Positions 40,224 to 52,535 of a DNA stretch of 64,000 nucleotides are shown piece after piece (within the stretch, counting starts at the first letter, position 1; every line of letters starts with the position of its first letter). Position numbers and translations under genes: made by a program. Source of the DNA: an uncultured Verrucomicrobiae bacterium (GTDB taxonomy: Bacteria; Verrucomicrobiota; Verrucomicrobiia; Chthoniobacterales; JAFAMB01). The notes below the pieces were generated by a model. It searched no databases. It was not told the origin of the DNA and saw only the letters and a program-made list of their open reading frames with translations. Location of the stretch: NCBI GenBank assembly GCA_963813025.1, contig CAWEXO010000014.1, positions 224,001 to 288,000 of the forward strand. Reading direction: 5' to 3'.

Positions 40224-41762
40224 ATGGAGGCCTATGATTTGGTAATTATCGGCACCGGCATGGGCGGCGGGACGTTGGCCTACGCCCTCCGCGATTCGGG
40301 TAGGAAAATCTTGCTGCTGGAGCGAGGCGATTATCTTCCTTCCGAATCAGAGAACTGGAGTCCGGAGGCGGTTTTCGATCGGAAAAGGTACAAACCCAAA
40401 GAGCAATGGTTCGACCATACTGGGCATCCTTTTTCTCCGGGGGTTCATTACTTCGTCGGTGGCAACACGAAGGTTTACGGGGCGGCTCTGCCGCGGTTTC
40501 GCCAAGAGGATTTCTCAAGCCTGGAACATGAAGAAGGTGTGTCGCCTGGTTGGCCAGTAACCTACGAAGATTTTGAGCCTTACTATTGCCGTGCTGAAAA
40601 GATGCTCTTTGTTCATGGTGAAACCGGTTCCGACCCGACAGACCCACCGCGCTCAGCGTCGTTCCCGTTTCCTGCAGTTCCGGACGAACCTTATATCAAG
40701 GATTTGCGAACGCGGTTAGAAGGGCAGGGGCTGCACCCGTTTTCCTTGCCGCTTGGGATCGATCTGCGATCGGGCGGAACGTGCATTCGCTGCAAGACAT
40801 GTGACGGTTTTCCCTGTAAAGTGTTCGCCAAAGCAGATGCCGACATCTGCTGCGTCCGACCGGCCGTTGCCTCGGAGAAGATCGAACTGCTTACGCGAGC
40901 TTTTGCTCGCCGCCTCATCACTGACGCTTCCGGCGAAAAAGTGACCGAAGTCGAGATCGAGCGCGATGGAGAAGTCCGACGGATCGGCGCCGATACTTTT
41001 GTTGTCTCGTGCGGCGCGGTGAACTCTGTCGCACTCCTGTTGCGTTCGGCATCTGCTCACCATCCAAATGGACTAGCAAATTCGTCTGGATTGGTGGGTC
41101 GAAACTACATGGTTCATAACAACACCGCCCTGATGGCAATCCATCCCTTTCGGATAAATCGTACGACGTTTCAAAAGACGATGGCAGTCAATGATTTCTA
41201 TTTTCGGGGTGAAACGGGTTACCGATATCCTTTAGGTAATCTGCAGCTTCTTGGAAAGCTGCAAGCAGGGATGCTGACAGCCGACCAAAGATGGGTGCCA
41301 AAGCCGATCCTCCGTGCCTTGGCCAATCGTAGCGTGGACTGGTGGGTCATGTCCGAAGACCTGCCTGACCCGGAAAACCGAGTGACTCTGGGACAGGGCG
41401 GCCGGATCGAAGTTCATTTCCGTCCCCATAATCTGGGGGCCCACACCCGGTTAATTAAAGCCGCTACGCGAATGTTAAAAAAGGCAGGCTATCCGATCGT
41501 GTGGATTCAGCGCATGGGCATTGAGACCAATTCCCATCAGTGCGGTACGATGAGGTTCGGGACTGATCCGAAAAGCTCTGTGCTTAATCTTTTCTGTCGG
41601 AGCCACGATGTTACCAACCTGTTTGTGGTTGATAGTTCGTTTTTTCCCTCCTCAGCCGCGGTTAACCCGGCCCTTACCATTGCCGCCCAGGCGCTGCGCG
41701 TTGCTGACCACATAGAAGGTTCTCTGGCAACAAATCCAGCGATTGAAAGCAGTGGAACGTGA
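40224..41762 (+). CDS. GMC-family oxidoreductase
   Basis: IGTGMGG, VGGNTKVYG, C..C..CDGFPC, HQCGT and NPALT motifs. Confidence 0.92.
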   Translation: MEAYDLVIIGTGMGGGTLAYALRDSGRKILLLERGDYLPSESENWSPEAVFDRKRYKPKEQWFDHTGHPFSPGVHYFVGGNTKVYGAALPRFRQEDFSSLEHEEGVSPGWPVTYEDFEPYYCRAEKMLFVHGETGSDPTDPPRSASFPFPAVPDEPYIKDLRTRLEGQGLHPFSLPLGIDLRSGGTCIRCKTCDGFPCKVFAKADADICCVRPAVASEKIELLTRAFARRLITDASGEKVTEVEIERDGEVRRIGADTFVVSCGAVNSVALLLRSASAHHPNGLANSSGLVGRNYMVHNNTALMAIHPFRINRTTFQKTMAVNDFYFRGETGYRYPLGNLQLLGKLQAGMLTADQRWVPKPILRALANRSVDWWVMSEDLPDPENRVTLGQGGRIEVHFRPHNLGAHTRLIKAATRMLKKAGYPIVWIQRMGIETNSHQCGTMRFGTDPKSSVLNLFCRSHDVTNLFVVDSSFFPSSAAVNPALTIAAQALRVADHIEGSLATNPAIESSGT

Positions 41763-41766
41763 GAGG

Positions 41767-43242
<1,476 letters not shown>

Positions 43243-43325
43243 TCAGGACAATAGAGTACGAAACTGAGCGCAGCATGTTGCCGGAGCGCAACCCGGCATT
43301 CACCGGACATTGATAACGATCGAGT

Positions 43326-43393
43326 CGCGCACAGAGGTCACGGAGTACACAGCGCGGCGTAGCCGCTACGCCGCGCTAGGACCTCCGTGCGAG
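43326..43393. repeat. REP-like nested hairpin between genes
   Basis: agcgcggcgtagc-c-gctacgccgcgct (43351-43377) inside cgcacagaggtc/gacctccgtgcg arms. Confidence 0.6.
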
Positions 43394-43470
43394 GCTCTCT
43401 CTGCTCCGTTGCCGATTTTCGCCAAGACATCGGAAGCCGGGCGAGTCGGAGCAGGAGACTTTCGATCCCG

Positions 43471-44526
43471 TTATTCGCTCTGGGGAACCGCAGAGAATGC
43501 TCCCGGCACACCTTGGGCCGTCCTGCCGAGTTTCGTGCGGCGCTTCGCGGCTGTCACGGCGAGTCCGACCGCGAGGATGAGCATGGCTCCGTCAAAAATT
43601 GGTTCGACGAAGAACGGGGCTCCCATTTGGTTGAGGCCGGCAACTGTCACTGCAAGAACTGCGACGGCCAGAATCGTGCCCCAGACGTTGACGCGACCTG
43701 GTCGGATCGATGTTGCTCCCAGAAGTGCGGCAGTAAAGGATGGAAGCAGATATTCCTGTCCCACCGAACTCTGCCCGACCTGAAGCTGCGACTGGAGTAC
43801 GATTCCTGCGAAAGCGGAGATGATCCCCGTTACCAGAAAGGCACCGGTAACGTAACGCCTGGCTGAGATGCCGTTCAGCTCGGCGGCTCGGGGACTAGCG
43901 CCGAGGACGTACAGGTACCGGCCGACGGGCAGGTACTCGAACACAACCCAAAGCGATACGCTCAGCACCAACACATAGATCGCCGGCAACGGGATCCCAA
44001 ACACTGCTCCGGAGATGTTGATGAAACTCTCGGGAAGAGCGGCGACTACCTGCTGCCCGCCGGTGTACCACTCGTTAAAGCCATAGAGCAGCGTCCCGGT
44101 CCCGAGCGTGGCAATGAAGCTGTCAATGCCGACGATCGTGACCAGGATCCCATTGGCCAGGCCGACTGCGGCTCCGAGCAGCAAAACCACGCCCGACGCC
44201 TCCGGCCATGTCAATCCCTGGCCCTGCAGCCCGATTACCAGGACCTGGGAGATGCCAAGAAGAAAACCTACCGAAAGATCGAAGTGATTGGCGGTCATCG
44301 GCAAGAAAACGGCAAGCGCAAGCAATGCCTGAACCGACTTGTTGTTCACGATCGAGCGAAAATTGAAATACGTCGGAAACGTATCCGGCTTAATGATTGA
44401 AAATGCGATAACAAGCGCGACCAGAAGTATCAATAAGCTCCACACCGAAATGAGATGTGCGAGTGCGTAGAGCCGAAATTCGTCTGCCTGGGTTCCGGAC
44501 GCTTCACGTCGTTGTCTCCGGTTCAT
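43471..44526 (-). CDS. Monosaccharide ABC permease (RbsC-like)
   Basis: FDLSVG, SFIATLG, GRYLYVLG...AAELNGI and AALLGATS motifs. Confidence 0.9.
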   Translation of the reverse strand: MNRRQRREASGTQADEFRLYALAHLISVWSLLILLVALVIAFSIIKPDTFPTYFNFRSIVNNKSVQALLALAVFLPMTANHFDLSVGFLLGISQVLVIGLQGQGLTWPEASGVVLLLGAAVGLANGILVTIVGIDSFIATLGTGTLLYGFNEWYTGGQQVVAALPESFINISGAVFGIPLPAIYVLVLSVSLWVVFEYLPVGRYLYVLGASPRAAELNGISARRYVTGAFLVTGIISAFAGIVLQSQLQVGQSSVGQEYLLPSFTAALLGATSIRPGRVNVWGTILAVAVLAVTVAGLNQMGAPFFVEPIFDGAMLILAVGLAVTAAKRRTKLGRTAQGVPGAFSAVPQSE

Positions 44527-46022
44527 GACTCACGCCTGCAGCGAGTGCGGTCAAATTGGTGACATTGATATTTTTGCGATCGATCTCGGCCGTCAACTTG
44601 CCGCGGCCGAAGACCAGCGCGCGATGGCACACCTTCTCCACCTCGTCGAAGTCGGAGGAAATCAGAAGCACAGCACGGCCTCGTTCATCGGCGATCCGCA
44701 GATCGCGGTAAATTTCCGCTTTTGACCCGATATCCACCCCGATTGTCGGCTCCTCGAGAATGAGCAGCCGAACATTGGCTTCCATCCACCGCGCCACAAC
44801 TACCTTTTGCTGATTCCCGCCACTAAGGGTGGCAATCGGCCGTGTGGGGTCCGGGGGCCGCACGGAGAACCTCGCCAGCGCTTCTCTGCACATGCGGAGT
44901 TCCGTGCCATGCCCGACTGGGTGGAACGGCGCGATACCCCTGGCTTGCGAGTTTATATACAGATTCTCGAGTACGGTGAGGTTGTGAGCGAGGCTCTCTT
45001 CGGCTCTGCGGCTGGAGACGAAGCCGATGCCTTTCCGTATGGCATCGGCGGGATCGGTAATTTTGGCTTCGCGGCCCTGGAAGATGATTTTTCCGGAATT
45101 CACTGGCAATGCTCCAAAGATCGCGCGACCCACAGCGTGGTGCCCCGCGCCGCGCAGACCTACGAGTGCCAGCGTCTCGCCCGGATAGATCTCGAACGAT
45201 ACGGGACCGACTAGCCCTGTCCCGCTTTCCTGCGGTACGACCAACTGCTCCACGGAGAGCAACGGGACTGGTGGAACCTGGCCGGGCTAGCGATGGCCGT
45301 TTCGGCAAGTGCGCCGCCGACAATCCACGACACGAGATTGCCCGGCGAGGTCTCGCTGACTGCGCGGGTTGCTACCTGCCGGCCGTCCCGGAGCACCGTC
45401 ACGCGGTCCGCGATGCGGAAGACTTCATCCAGCCTGTGTGTGACATAAAGAAGCCCGATACCACTGGCCCTGAGCCGCTTCAGCTTGTCGAGCAACAGAT
45501 CGACATCGCCGGCCGGCAGCGCGGCAGTCGGCTCGTCGAGGACGAGAAGATCACTGCGAAAGGCAAGCGCTCGAGCGATCGCTACGATCGATTTTTCCGC
45601 CGCCGACAGTGTGCCGACTTGCGCATTCGGCGTTGATCGAGCTCTCCATGGTCCTTAGGGCCGCAACGGCGGCTGCTGTTGCGCCCCGCCAGTCGATAAT
45701 GCCTCTCTTACGAGGATATCCGGTTAAAAGGGCAATGTTCTCGGCCACCGTCATGCTGTCGACCAATCCAAGGTCCTGGTGGATAAAAGCGATAGGGAGA
45801 TGCCCCGTAGTCGGATCTACGGCCTCTCCCCGCCAACGGATGACTGCCGGCCGTTGGTGCATAGATGCCCGCCAGTATCTTGATTAGGGTGGACTTCCCG
45901 GCGCCGTTCTGGCCAAGGAGCGCATGGATCTCGCCACTTCTGACGTCAAGATCAACTCGATCAAGTGCCAGCGTACCGGTAAACTGTTTGACGATACCGC
46001 TCAGCTCGAGGACGGGGTTCAT
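44504..46022 (-). pseudogene. Monosaccharide ABC ATPase (RbsA-like), frameshifted
   Basis: [20 protein letters not shown] and LSGGNQQK split over at least 4 frames. Confidence 0.85.
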
Positions 46023-46041
46023 CGCACCCCGCACGTCGCTA

Positions 46042-47167
46042 TCAAGATCCGACCCCCCAGATTTGGAGATAGTGTTTCTTATAGTCGTTGTCCGGGACGA
46101 AGATGTTCTTCGTGCCGCCCGCCTCGTTCACGTTTTTCGGAGTGACCAGGTAGGGCGGTTGAACAAATCCGCTCGGCGGGGCCTTGTTGAACGCACGATT
46201 GAATTCGTCGATGGCCTGGTAAGCCTGCAACTCGATCGGCTCGGAAACTGTGACCGTCTGGTACTGGTTACCTTTCCGAATCCGTTCGTAGGCGGAGCGA
46301 TTCCCATCGGCACCGATGAGTTTGACTTGATCGGGCGTTGACGCCCGCGGCACGCAATGCCGGAACCGCGAAATCAAGATCGTTGTCGCCGACAGAAGTG
46401 ACATAGAGCGGTAAGCCAAAGCGTTGGACCCAACTGGTGGTGAGTTGTGGCATTCTTTGCGCAGCTTCCGACGCCGGGAAATTGACATAGTCGAGAACCT
46501 TGCAGCCCGGACAAGCCTGGATTTCGTCACGGGTTGCGCCCGACTTCGTTGCCGCAATCTGATACTCGTTGTGGGTCACGACAACGACATGCGCCTTGCC
46601 GTCGCTGTCGGCAATCGCCCAGTCGGCTTCCGCCTTTCCGATCTCTCTTGGATCCTCCTGGATGTTAACGAACAGATGGAGATCCGGAGCCGGTCCCGGC
46701 AAAGACGCAGCGTGGAGGCCGATGACCGTGATGCCTTGGTCGATTGCTGTGCGAATCGGATCTTGAAGGCTTTTCGCGTCCGCAAATATTGCTATTCCGT
46801 CAGGCTTAAGGGCGATCGCCTGATTGAAGCCCGCTACCCAGCTCGCCGGACTACCTTTGCCGTCAATGACCGTGAGTTTCCAGCCCAGTTTGGCTGCGGC
46901 TTCCTTCATATAAAGCCCGTACTCGCGCGAAATATCGTTCTGCTCGTCTCCGGACAGGTAGACGATGAACTTGCCCTTGGCCGGAGTGGGTGCTGAGGTC
47001 GGTCCCTGCCAAGCCGTCTGCGGCCCGGAATAGCGCACAACCGCCGCCTTCGCAGCCGATACCGCATCCTCCGCTGCGCCCACGAGTTCGCCTGAAAAAA
47101 GGAAACCAGAAAAGCCGAGAGCGGAGCAAGCGAGCACCCTTAGCGCCCGGGATCGCACATACTGCAT
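46042..47167 (-). pseudogene. Monosaccharide ABC binding protein, frameshift near 46335
   Basis: Signal peptide, Peripla_BP-like; C-terminus continues in ORF 46042-46557. Confidence 0.82.
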
Positions 47168-47862
47168 GGGTCGTCTCCTAGTTGCGGCGCCTTCGTCGGC
47201 ACCATTCCAATATTATTGGCCCATCAATCTGGGCTGAGCTCGCGGAGGCAGTCAATCAAAATCCTGGACGCAGCTCATCTTGATTGCATGTAGCAGGACC
47301 CGCAAAGCGATTGCCTCTTGAAAACGAACATTGAATCTGGGGAACGCAATCTCGGTCGACGAGCTTGGAGGTGATCCGTCCTCTGAGCCGAGAGAGGAAG
47401 AAGGTGTTAGCAAAATCGATCGCGGGGGGTCTCCGACAAAGACGAATTCGGGGCGGTCCACCTGGTATTTTCCCGAGAGAGAGCCGTCACGCCGGTGTTG
47501 ATGACTTTTGAAATAGAATTTGACAAGTGCACCTCGAACTGCATGTGCCTGTTGCGCACTCTTCCGATTTCATTATGGCGAGGTAATCGCCGGTGGCTGA
47601 TACACAGCTGGCATTCCCGGTGGCAGAACCAAGGGTTAGAGTCGGATTGATGTTCGACTGTTTTGGTTTTATGATGCGAGATCACCCACATTCGGGATTT
47701 TCACCAAGGCTTGTCAGTCCTCTGTAACCAACGATAATACTGAGACAGACCTCGCGTCGCATGGACGAAGAACACCTTCGTGGAAGCGGGTGACCACAGA
47801 CGAGTGAAAATCGCTTTCGCTAGCGGTTGCCTCTCGGTCGTTTTCAGGAGAAAGACTGGAGC

Positions 47863-48082
47863 TTTAGTTATTGGCATCATGGCAGCCAACCTCCGAGATC
47901 TAAGTTGAGTACAGTTACTTTCTTCATATTTTGCTAATTGTGACTTTGTTGTTCGGTTTACTGTTTGTTCGCGCGGCGAGCGCCGTACAAGCATGTGTGT
48001 TGTTGTTGTCAGTCTATTCACGAGTAGACGGCGCTGCCATTAGCCTAACGAGCATTTCTTACTTACCCTAAGGGGTAATGAA
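47863..48082 (-). repeat. Copy 1 of an inverted ~220 bp promoter/leader duplication
   Basis: Reverse complement aligns with 52536-52757 (e.g. ttcattacccc..gggtaagtaagaaatgctcgtt..gctaat...gtgaatagactga). Confidence 0.88.
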
Positions 48083-48133
48083 CGAGTCACGTCTCGGCGG
48101 CTCGCAGCGGAGTTCGAAACCACGAGGTGTGGT

Positions 48134-49168
48134 CTAAGTCAGGGAAACGACGATCTTCCCGACTTGAGCGCCCGTTTCGATGTATTGGTGCGCCGGCACA
48201 TATCCCTCCAAGCCATAAAAGACGCGGTCGATTTTCGCGGTAAACGACCTTGAGGCAAGTCCTCTCCTGATAAACCTCTTTGCCCTTGCTGTTGCCTGCA
48301 AGTTGGCGGACAGACCCAATCTTGAATTTCCGGTGAAATCGAAGACCCTGAATCCGGCATGGAGTTTAATCCCGCGCAAGAAGCAAGCGCCGAAAGGTAA
48401 CGATGTTGCGCCAGCTTTTCCGCCAAGCGCACCGTAGACAATCACCTGACCAAGCCGCTTGGTCGCCCAAACCAATTCCTCGAGACCAGGGCCGGCAACG
48501 GCATCGTAAATTACGTCTGCTCCGAGGCCGTCGGTGATATCGACGATCGTTTCCCGTACGTCTGCATCGCCTACTACGACTACACGCTCGGCTCCGGCCG
48601 CAATCAGCTCGGGAGTTTTTTTTGCGGATCTCGTTAATGCAATGCCCTTCGCACCGATCGCCCTGATCAGTTGGAGGGCGGCAATTCCGGTGGAAGAACT
48701 GGCCGCGGTGACAACCACGTATTGGCCCCTTTGAAGCTCCGCCATTTCCACCAAGGCAAAGTAGGCGGTAAAGAGGCCCGTGTTAACTGCTGCCGCCTCG
48801 ATCGGACTGAGGTTCTTGGGATAGAGTAATAGAGCGTGGTCAGGATAGAGGATCGCTTCGCCGTGCGCTCCATAGTCAAGCAACGAGACTGCCGGAAGGG
48901 TGGATACCTCGTCGCCGACCTTCAAACCAACAGCCTTCCCAACGGCCACGATAGTGCCCGCTGCATCATATCCAATTTGAGCAGGGAACACCGGATCTTC
49001 GATATAGCGGCCTTCTCGCCAGAGGACATCAGTCCGGCTCAGGCCCATGGCCGTTACCTTGATCAGGACCTCGTTTTCTCTCGGTTCGGGTAGCGGGACT
49101 TTGTCGGTCCTCAATACGTCCGGGCCCCCGGTTTGATTGAAGCGGATCAGTTTTCTTGCCGCACACAT
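48134..49168 (-). CDS. MDR-family NADPH:quinone oxidoreductase-like protein
   Basis: GGPDVL, TAYFAL, TAASSSTG and GKIVV motifs; no Zn ligands. Confidence 0.88.
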   Translation of the reverse strand: MCAARKLIRFNQTGGPDVLRTDKVPLPEPRENEVLIKVTAMGLSRTDVLWREGRYIEDPVFPAQIGYDAAGTIVAVGKAVGLKVGDEVSTLPAVSLLDYGAHGEAILYPDHALLLYPKNLSPIEAAAVNTGLFTAYFALVEMAELQRGQYVVVTAASSSTGIAALQLIRAIGAKGIALTRSAKKTPELIAAGAERVVVVGDADVRETIVDITDGLGADVIYDAVAGPGLEELVWATKRLGQVIVYGALGGKAGATSLPFGACFLRGIKLHAGFRVFDFTGNSRLGLSANLQATARAKRFIRRGLASRSFTAKIDRVFYGLEGYVPAHQYIETGAQVGKIVVSLT

Positions 49169-49345
49169 CGCAGATTGTTCATCTTCCACGCAAGTTTCCG
49201 AGTAGAAGCCAAGCAGAGCCCGTCCGACCGCTGCACAGAATTTACGAATCCAAACTGAGTGAGAAAAACTCTGTCCCGGAAATAGCACGCACCCGCTCTA
49301 TCAGGTTTCTCTACGAGACTAATCACGTATGCGTCTTGCCTCTAT

Positions 49346-49383
49346 TCTCCAGAAGGGTAGTTCTGTGTTACCCGAAAGGGTGA
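49346..49383. promoter_or_regulatory. Tandem TACCC-N4-GGGTA-like boxes in the divergent qor/kinase promoter
   Basis: TCTCC-AGAA-GGGTA and TTACCC-GAAA-GGGTGA; the same motif occurs at 48063-48078 and 52540-52555. Confidence 0.6.
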
Positions 49384-49447
49384 TCATATCTTGCTTTTGC
49401 AAGGAAGCAATCTGTGCGAGACTGGCCAGTTTACTGCCAGAGCAAGC

Positions 49448-51847
49448 GTGAAGAATCGCCGGGCAGAATTTTCCAGAACAGACGATGCGTCGTTGCGTGA
49501 GGACAGCAGGCGCAAGGCCGGCGAGGTTCTAAAACGAAGCCTGAAGGCGCTAGCTGGCGATCAGCAACTGGGCGCCTTTCTTGATCAAGTCCTGGCGGTC
49601 CTCACGGAACAGCTCGGCGGACTCGCCTCGACCCTTTGGCTCCTGGACAACGATAAACGCCACCTCTGTTTGCATTCGATCTGCGAGGATGGGCGGGTGG
49701 TGGCGGCTAGGGAATCCAGGCATCCGTTTGCCCAGAAGCCGTATCGAATAGCAACGGCCGACCCAACCTGGATCGCGATAGAAGCGAAGCGTCCCTTTGT
49801 TCAGTACGACCCGGCTAGCAACGTCGGCTATTTTCCGTCGGTCCAGCGAGCGCTCTTTTCCAAGCTGGGCGTCCGGGCTTTGGTTTGGTTGCCATTGGTT
49901 TTCGGCGACGATCTTATTGGGGTACTCGCGGTTCGGATGTCGAAAGAGTGCGCAGTCGATGACGAGGAACTCGAGCTTGCTCATGCCTTGGCGCAACAGG
50001 TCACCGTGGCCCTTGAGCTGACCAAGCGGGCCGAACAAGGAAAGCAGGCGGCCATCGCAGTTGAACGGGAGAAGCTGGCCAACGAACAAGCTTCTAAGCT
50101 TTCGAAGACAAACGCGGCGCTGAAGCAAAGCCTCCAGGCATTGGCGCAAGATCCGGATCTGAACAGTTTTCTTGGTCATTTACTCGTCGAAATGGCTCAC
50201 CAATTTGAGACGAATACGTCAGCGGTCTTTATCATACAGCGCCCAAACCGGAGATTGTTTCCGCACCTTATCTACGAGAATGGGCACCTGATTCGGGGAG
50301 AAGATTCTGACCACCCGATTGTGAAGAATCCTCGCGTGTTTGCGGACGATGATCCGGTCTGGCTCACCTTTTGCCGCAATCAACCAGTCATCAGGCGCAA
50401 TCCTCAGTCGGATACCAGCCTCGGCTGGACGCAGGCTCACCGAGCCTACTACACCAGGAAAGGGATTACTGGAATTCTCAACGTGCCGCTCATTTTCGGT
50501 GGCGAGGTCGTTGGGACCCTTGCGCTACAGTTCAGTGATCAGCGGAACATTGATCAAGCGGCAGTCGAGCTCGCGCAGACCTTTGGCCTGCAAGCCACCT
50601 TGGCGCTTCAGCTCACCAAGATGGCCGAGCAGTCAAAGCAGATCGCGATTGCCAAGGAACAGGCACAGTTCACCCTCCAGAGAGCGGCAGAGTTGGGAAA
50701 GGCGAATGAGGCGTTACGTGCATGTCTGGATGCGCTCGCCTCTGTGCCGGAACTGGATGAGTTCCTCGGGCAAGTGATGGGCGCAATGACGCGACAACTG
50801 GGTGCGGCGTCTTCCGTTTTGCGATTGCGCAACTTCGAACAGAACGTTTTGACCTTAGAGCTTGTTTTTCAAGACGGCCGCGTGATGACTCCTGCGGAAG
50901 CAAATTATCCGGCGGAGTTGCAAACGTATCCGCTCGATGAGCGACAACACAGGATGTTAAAACCACCGGCGGTCGTTTTACATCATCTGGACGCGACTAC
51001 GTCGGTCCCCGATATATTTGTCCCTGATGCATTCCGGGCTTACTTCCTTGGGCTGGGCGTAAAGACATCGCTGATCATTCCGTTGAACTTGGCCGGCCAG
51101 TTGCTCGGCATTCTATCGTTTCGGTTCACCGAGGACCGGGAATTTCTCCCGGAAGAGCTCGAAATCGCTCGAGCCCTGGCCAGTCAGGCCAGCCTCGCGA
51201 TTCGTCTCACCCGACTGGCGAAGGAAGCGAGACAATCTGCCGTTCTGGGAGAGCGGAATCGAATGGCAGGCGAGATTCATGATTCTCTAGCGCAAAGTTT
51301 TGTTGGAATTGCCATGCAACTGGACGCCGCGGAGGCCGCTCCTTCCAAGGCGAAGAGCCTGACCCATATCCGAAGGGCAAACGAACTCGCGCAATTTGGT
51401 CTCGCTGAAGCACGGCGCTCGGTGCTCAGCTTGCGAGCCGGAGTACAAACGGGAGGACTGGTTAAAGCCATTCAACAACTCGTTGAACGTTCGAACGTGC
51501 CCGGTATTTTGCGTTGCGAGCTGCAATCGGAGGAAATCCCCGATGAGAGTATACCTTCTCAGGTCAGGCATGAGCTTGTTAGAATCTGTCAGGAAGCGAT
51601 GAGCAACGCTGTTCGCCATGCCAGACCCACTGTCATTACCACCACCCTGCGTTGGGACATACCGAAGCTCACCCTTCAGGTCAAAGACAATGGATCGGGG
51701 ATGAGCGAGCATTGTCTCGAACAAAACGCTGGCTTTGGAATCGCCAATATGCGTGCACGGGTCGAGAAGCTCGGAGGGAAGTTGCAAATCGAGGCCGGCG
51801 TAGGCCGCGGAACGAGCATCATTGTCACCTTGCAACTCGGGCCATAA
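49448..51847 (+). CDS. Soluble sensor histidine kinase, 3 GAF domains + HisKA_3 + HATPase (start uncertain)
   Basis: Three L..FLG.....L...PL..G...G.L repeats; ERNRMAGEIHDSLAQ, EAMSNAVRHA and DNGSG motifs. Confidence 0.92.
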   Translation: MKNRRAEFSRTDDASLREDSRRKAGEVLKRSLKALAGDQQLGAFLDQVLAVLTEQLGGLASTLWLLDNDKRHLCLHSICEDGRVVAARESRHPFAQKPYRIATADPTWIAIEAKRPFVQYDPASNVGYFPSVQRALFSKLGVRALVWLPLVFGDDLIGVLAVRMSKECAVDDEELELAHALAQQVTVALELTKRAEQGKQAAIAVEREKLANEQASKLSKTNAALKQSLQALAQDPDLNSFLGHLLVEMAHQFETNTSAVFIIQRPNRRLFPHLIYENGHLIRGEDSDHPIVKNPRVFADDDPVWLTFCRNQPVIRRNPQSDTSLGWTQAHRAYYTRKGITGILNVPLIFGGEVVGTLALQFSDQRNIDQAAVELAQTFGLQATLALQLTKMAEQSKQIAIAKEQAQFTLQRAAELGKANEALRACLDALASVPELDEFLGQVMGAMTRQLGAASSVLRLRNFEQNVLTLELVFQDGRVMTPAEANYPAELQTYPLDERQHRMLKPPAVVLHHLDATTSVPDIFVPDAFRAYFLGLGVKTSLIIPLNLAGQLLGILSFRFTEDREFLPEELEIARALASQASLAIRLTRLAKEARQSAVLGERNRMAGEIHDSLAQSFVGIAMQLDAAEAAPSKAKSLTHIRRANELAQFGLAEARRSVLSLRAGVQTGGLVKAIQQLVERSNVPGILRCELQSEEIPDESIPSQVRHELVRICQEAMSNAVRHARPTVITTTLRWDIPKLTLQVKDNGSGMSEHCLEQNAGFGIANMRARVEKLGGKLQIEAGVGRGTSIIVTLQLGP

Positions 51848-51849
51848 AG

Positions 51850-52494
51850 ATGAAGTCATCCTCGAAAGCGGCTGGAAAAGTCATCCGGATTCTCCTCGCT
51901 GACGATCACCCGGTAGTCCGAGAAGGTATGGTGAGTATTTTGAAAGCCAAGGATATCAAAGTGATCGGCGAAGCAAGCGACGGAGAGGAAGCATGTAGGC
52001 TCTACGATGAACTCTCCCCGGATATTCTCATCCTTGACCTGCGAATGCCTAAGAAAAACGGATTGCAGGTGGTAACTGAACTCATGTCGCGGGCACCGAA
52101 GCCGCGCATCATTGTCATGACGACCTACGAGGGTGAGGAAGACGTGCGTCGCGCCCTGAGTGCAGGAGCCAAGGGATATGTGCTCAAGGGAACGAAACGA
52201 GATCAGATCCTGGAAACGGTGCGGAAAGTATATGAAGGACAACCATCGTTGTCGCCGGAAGTCGCCGCCAAGCTGGCGGATTCGCTGACGCGTTCCCAGC
52301 TATCCGAACGTGAACTCCAGGTTCTGAAGCACATGGCTGCGGGTAAGAGCAACAAAGAGATTGCCCAGGTTATTTACGTGAGCGAAAACACTGTGAAGGC
52401 TCACGTGAAATCGATCCTCGCGAAGATGGACGCGATGGGAAGGACCGACGCCATCGCGATCGCGATCAAACGAGGCATGATCGAGATTACTTAA
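51850..52494 (+). CDS. NarL/LuxR-family response regulator
   Basis: ADDHPVVREG, DLRMP and LSERE..GKSNKEIA..TVK.H motifs. Confidence 0.95.
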   Translation: MKSSSKAAGKVIRILLADDHPVVREGMVSILKAKDIKVIGEASDGEEACRLYDELSPDILILDLRMPKKNGLQVVTELMSRAPKPRIIVMTTYEGEEDVRRALSAGAKGYVLKGTKRDQILETVRKVYEGQPSLSPEVAAKLADSLTRSQLSERELQVLKHMAAGKSNKEIAQVIYVSENTVKAHVKSILAKMDAMGRTDAIAIAIKRGMIEIT

Positions 52495-52535
52495 GCCCAG
52501 GAAGCGGTTCGGGATTTGCGGCCGGTGTGGCCGCC

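Noticed and set aside
44504..47167. Programmed frameshifting or phase variation in the ABC operon
   Set aside because: The indels are scattered without slippery tracts; decay or sequencing error is simpler
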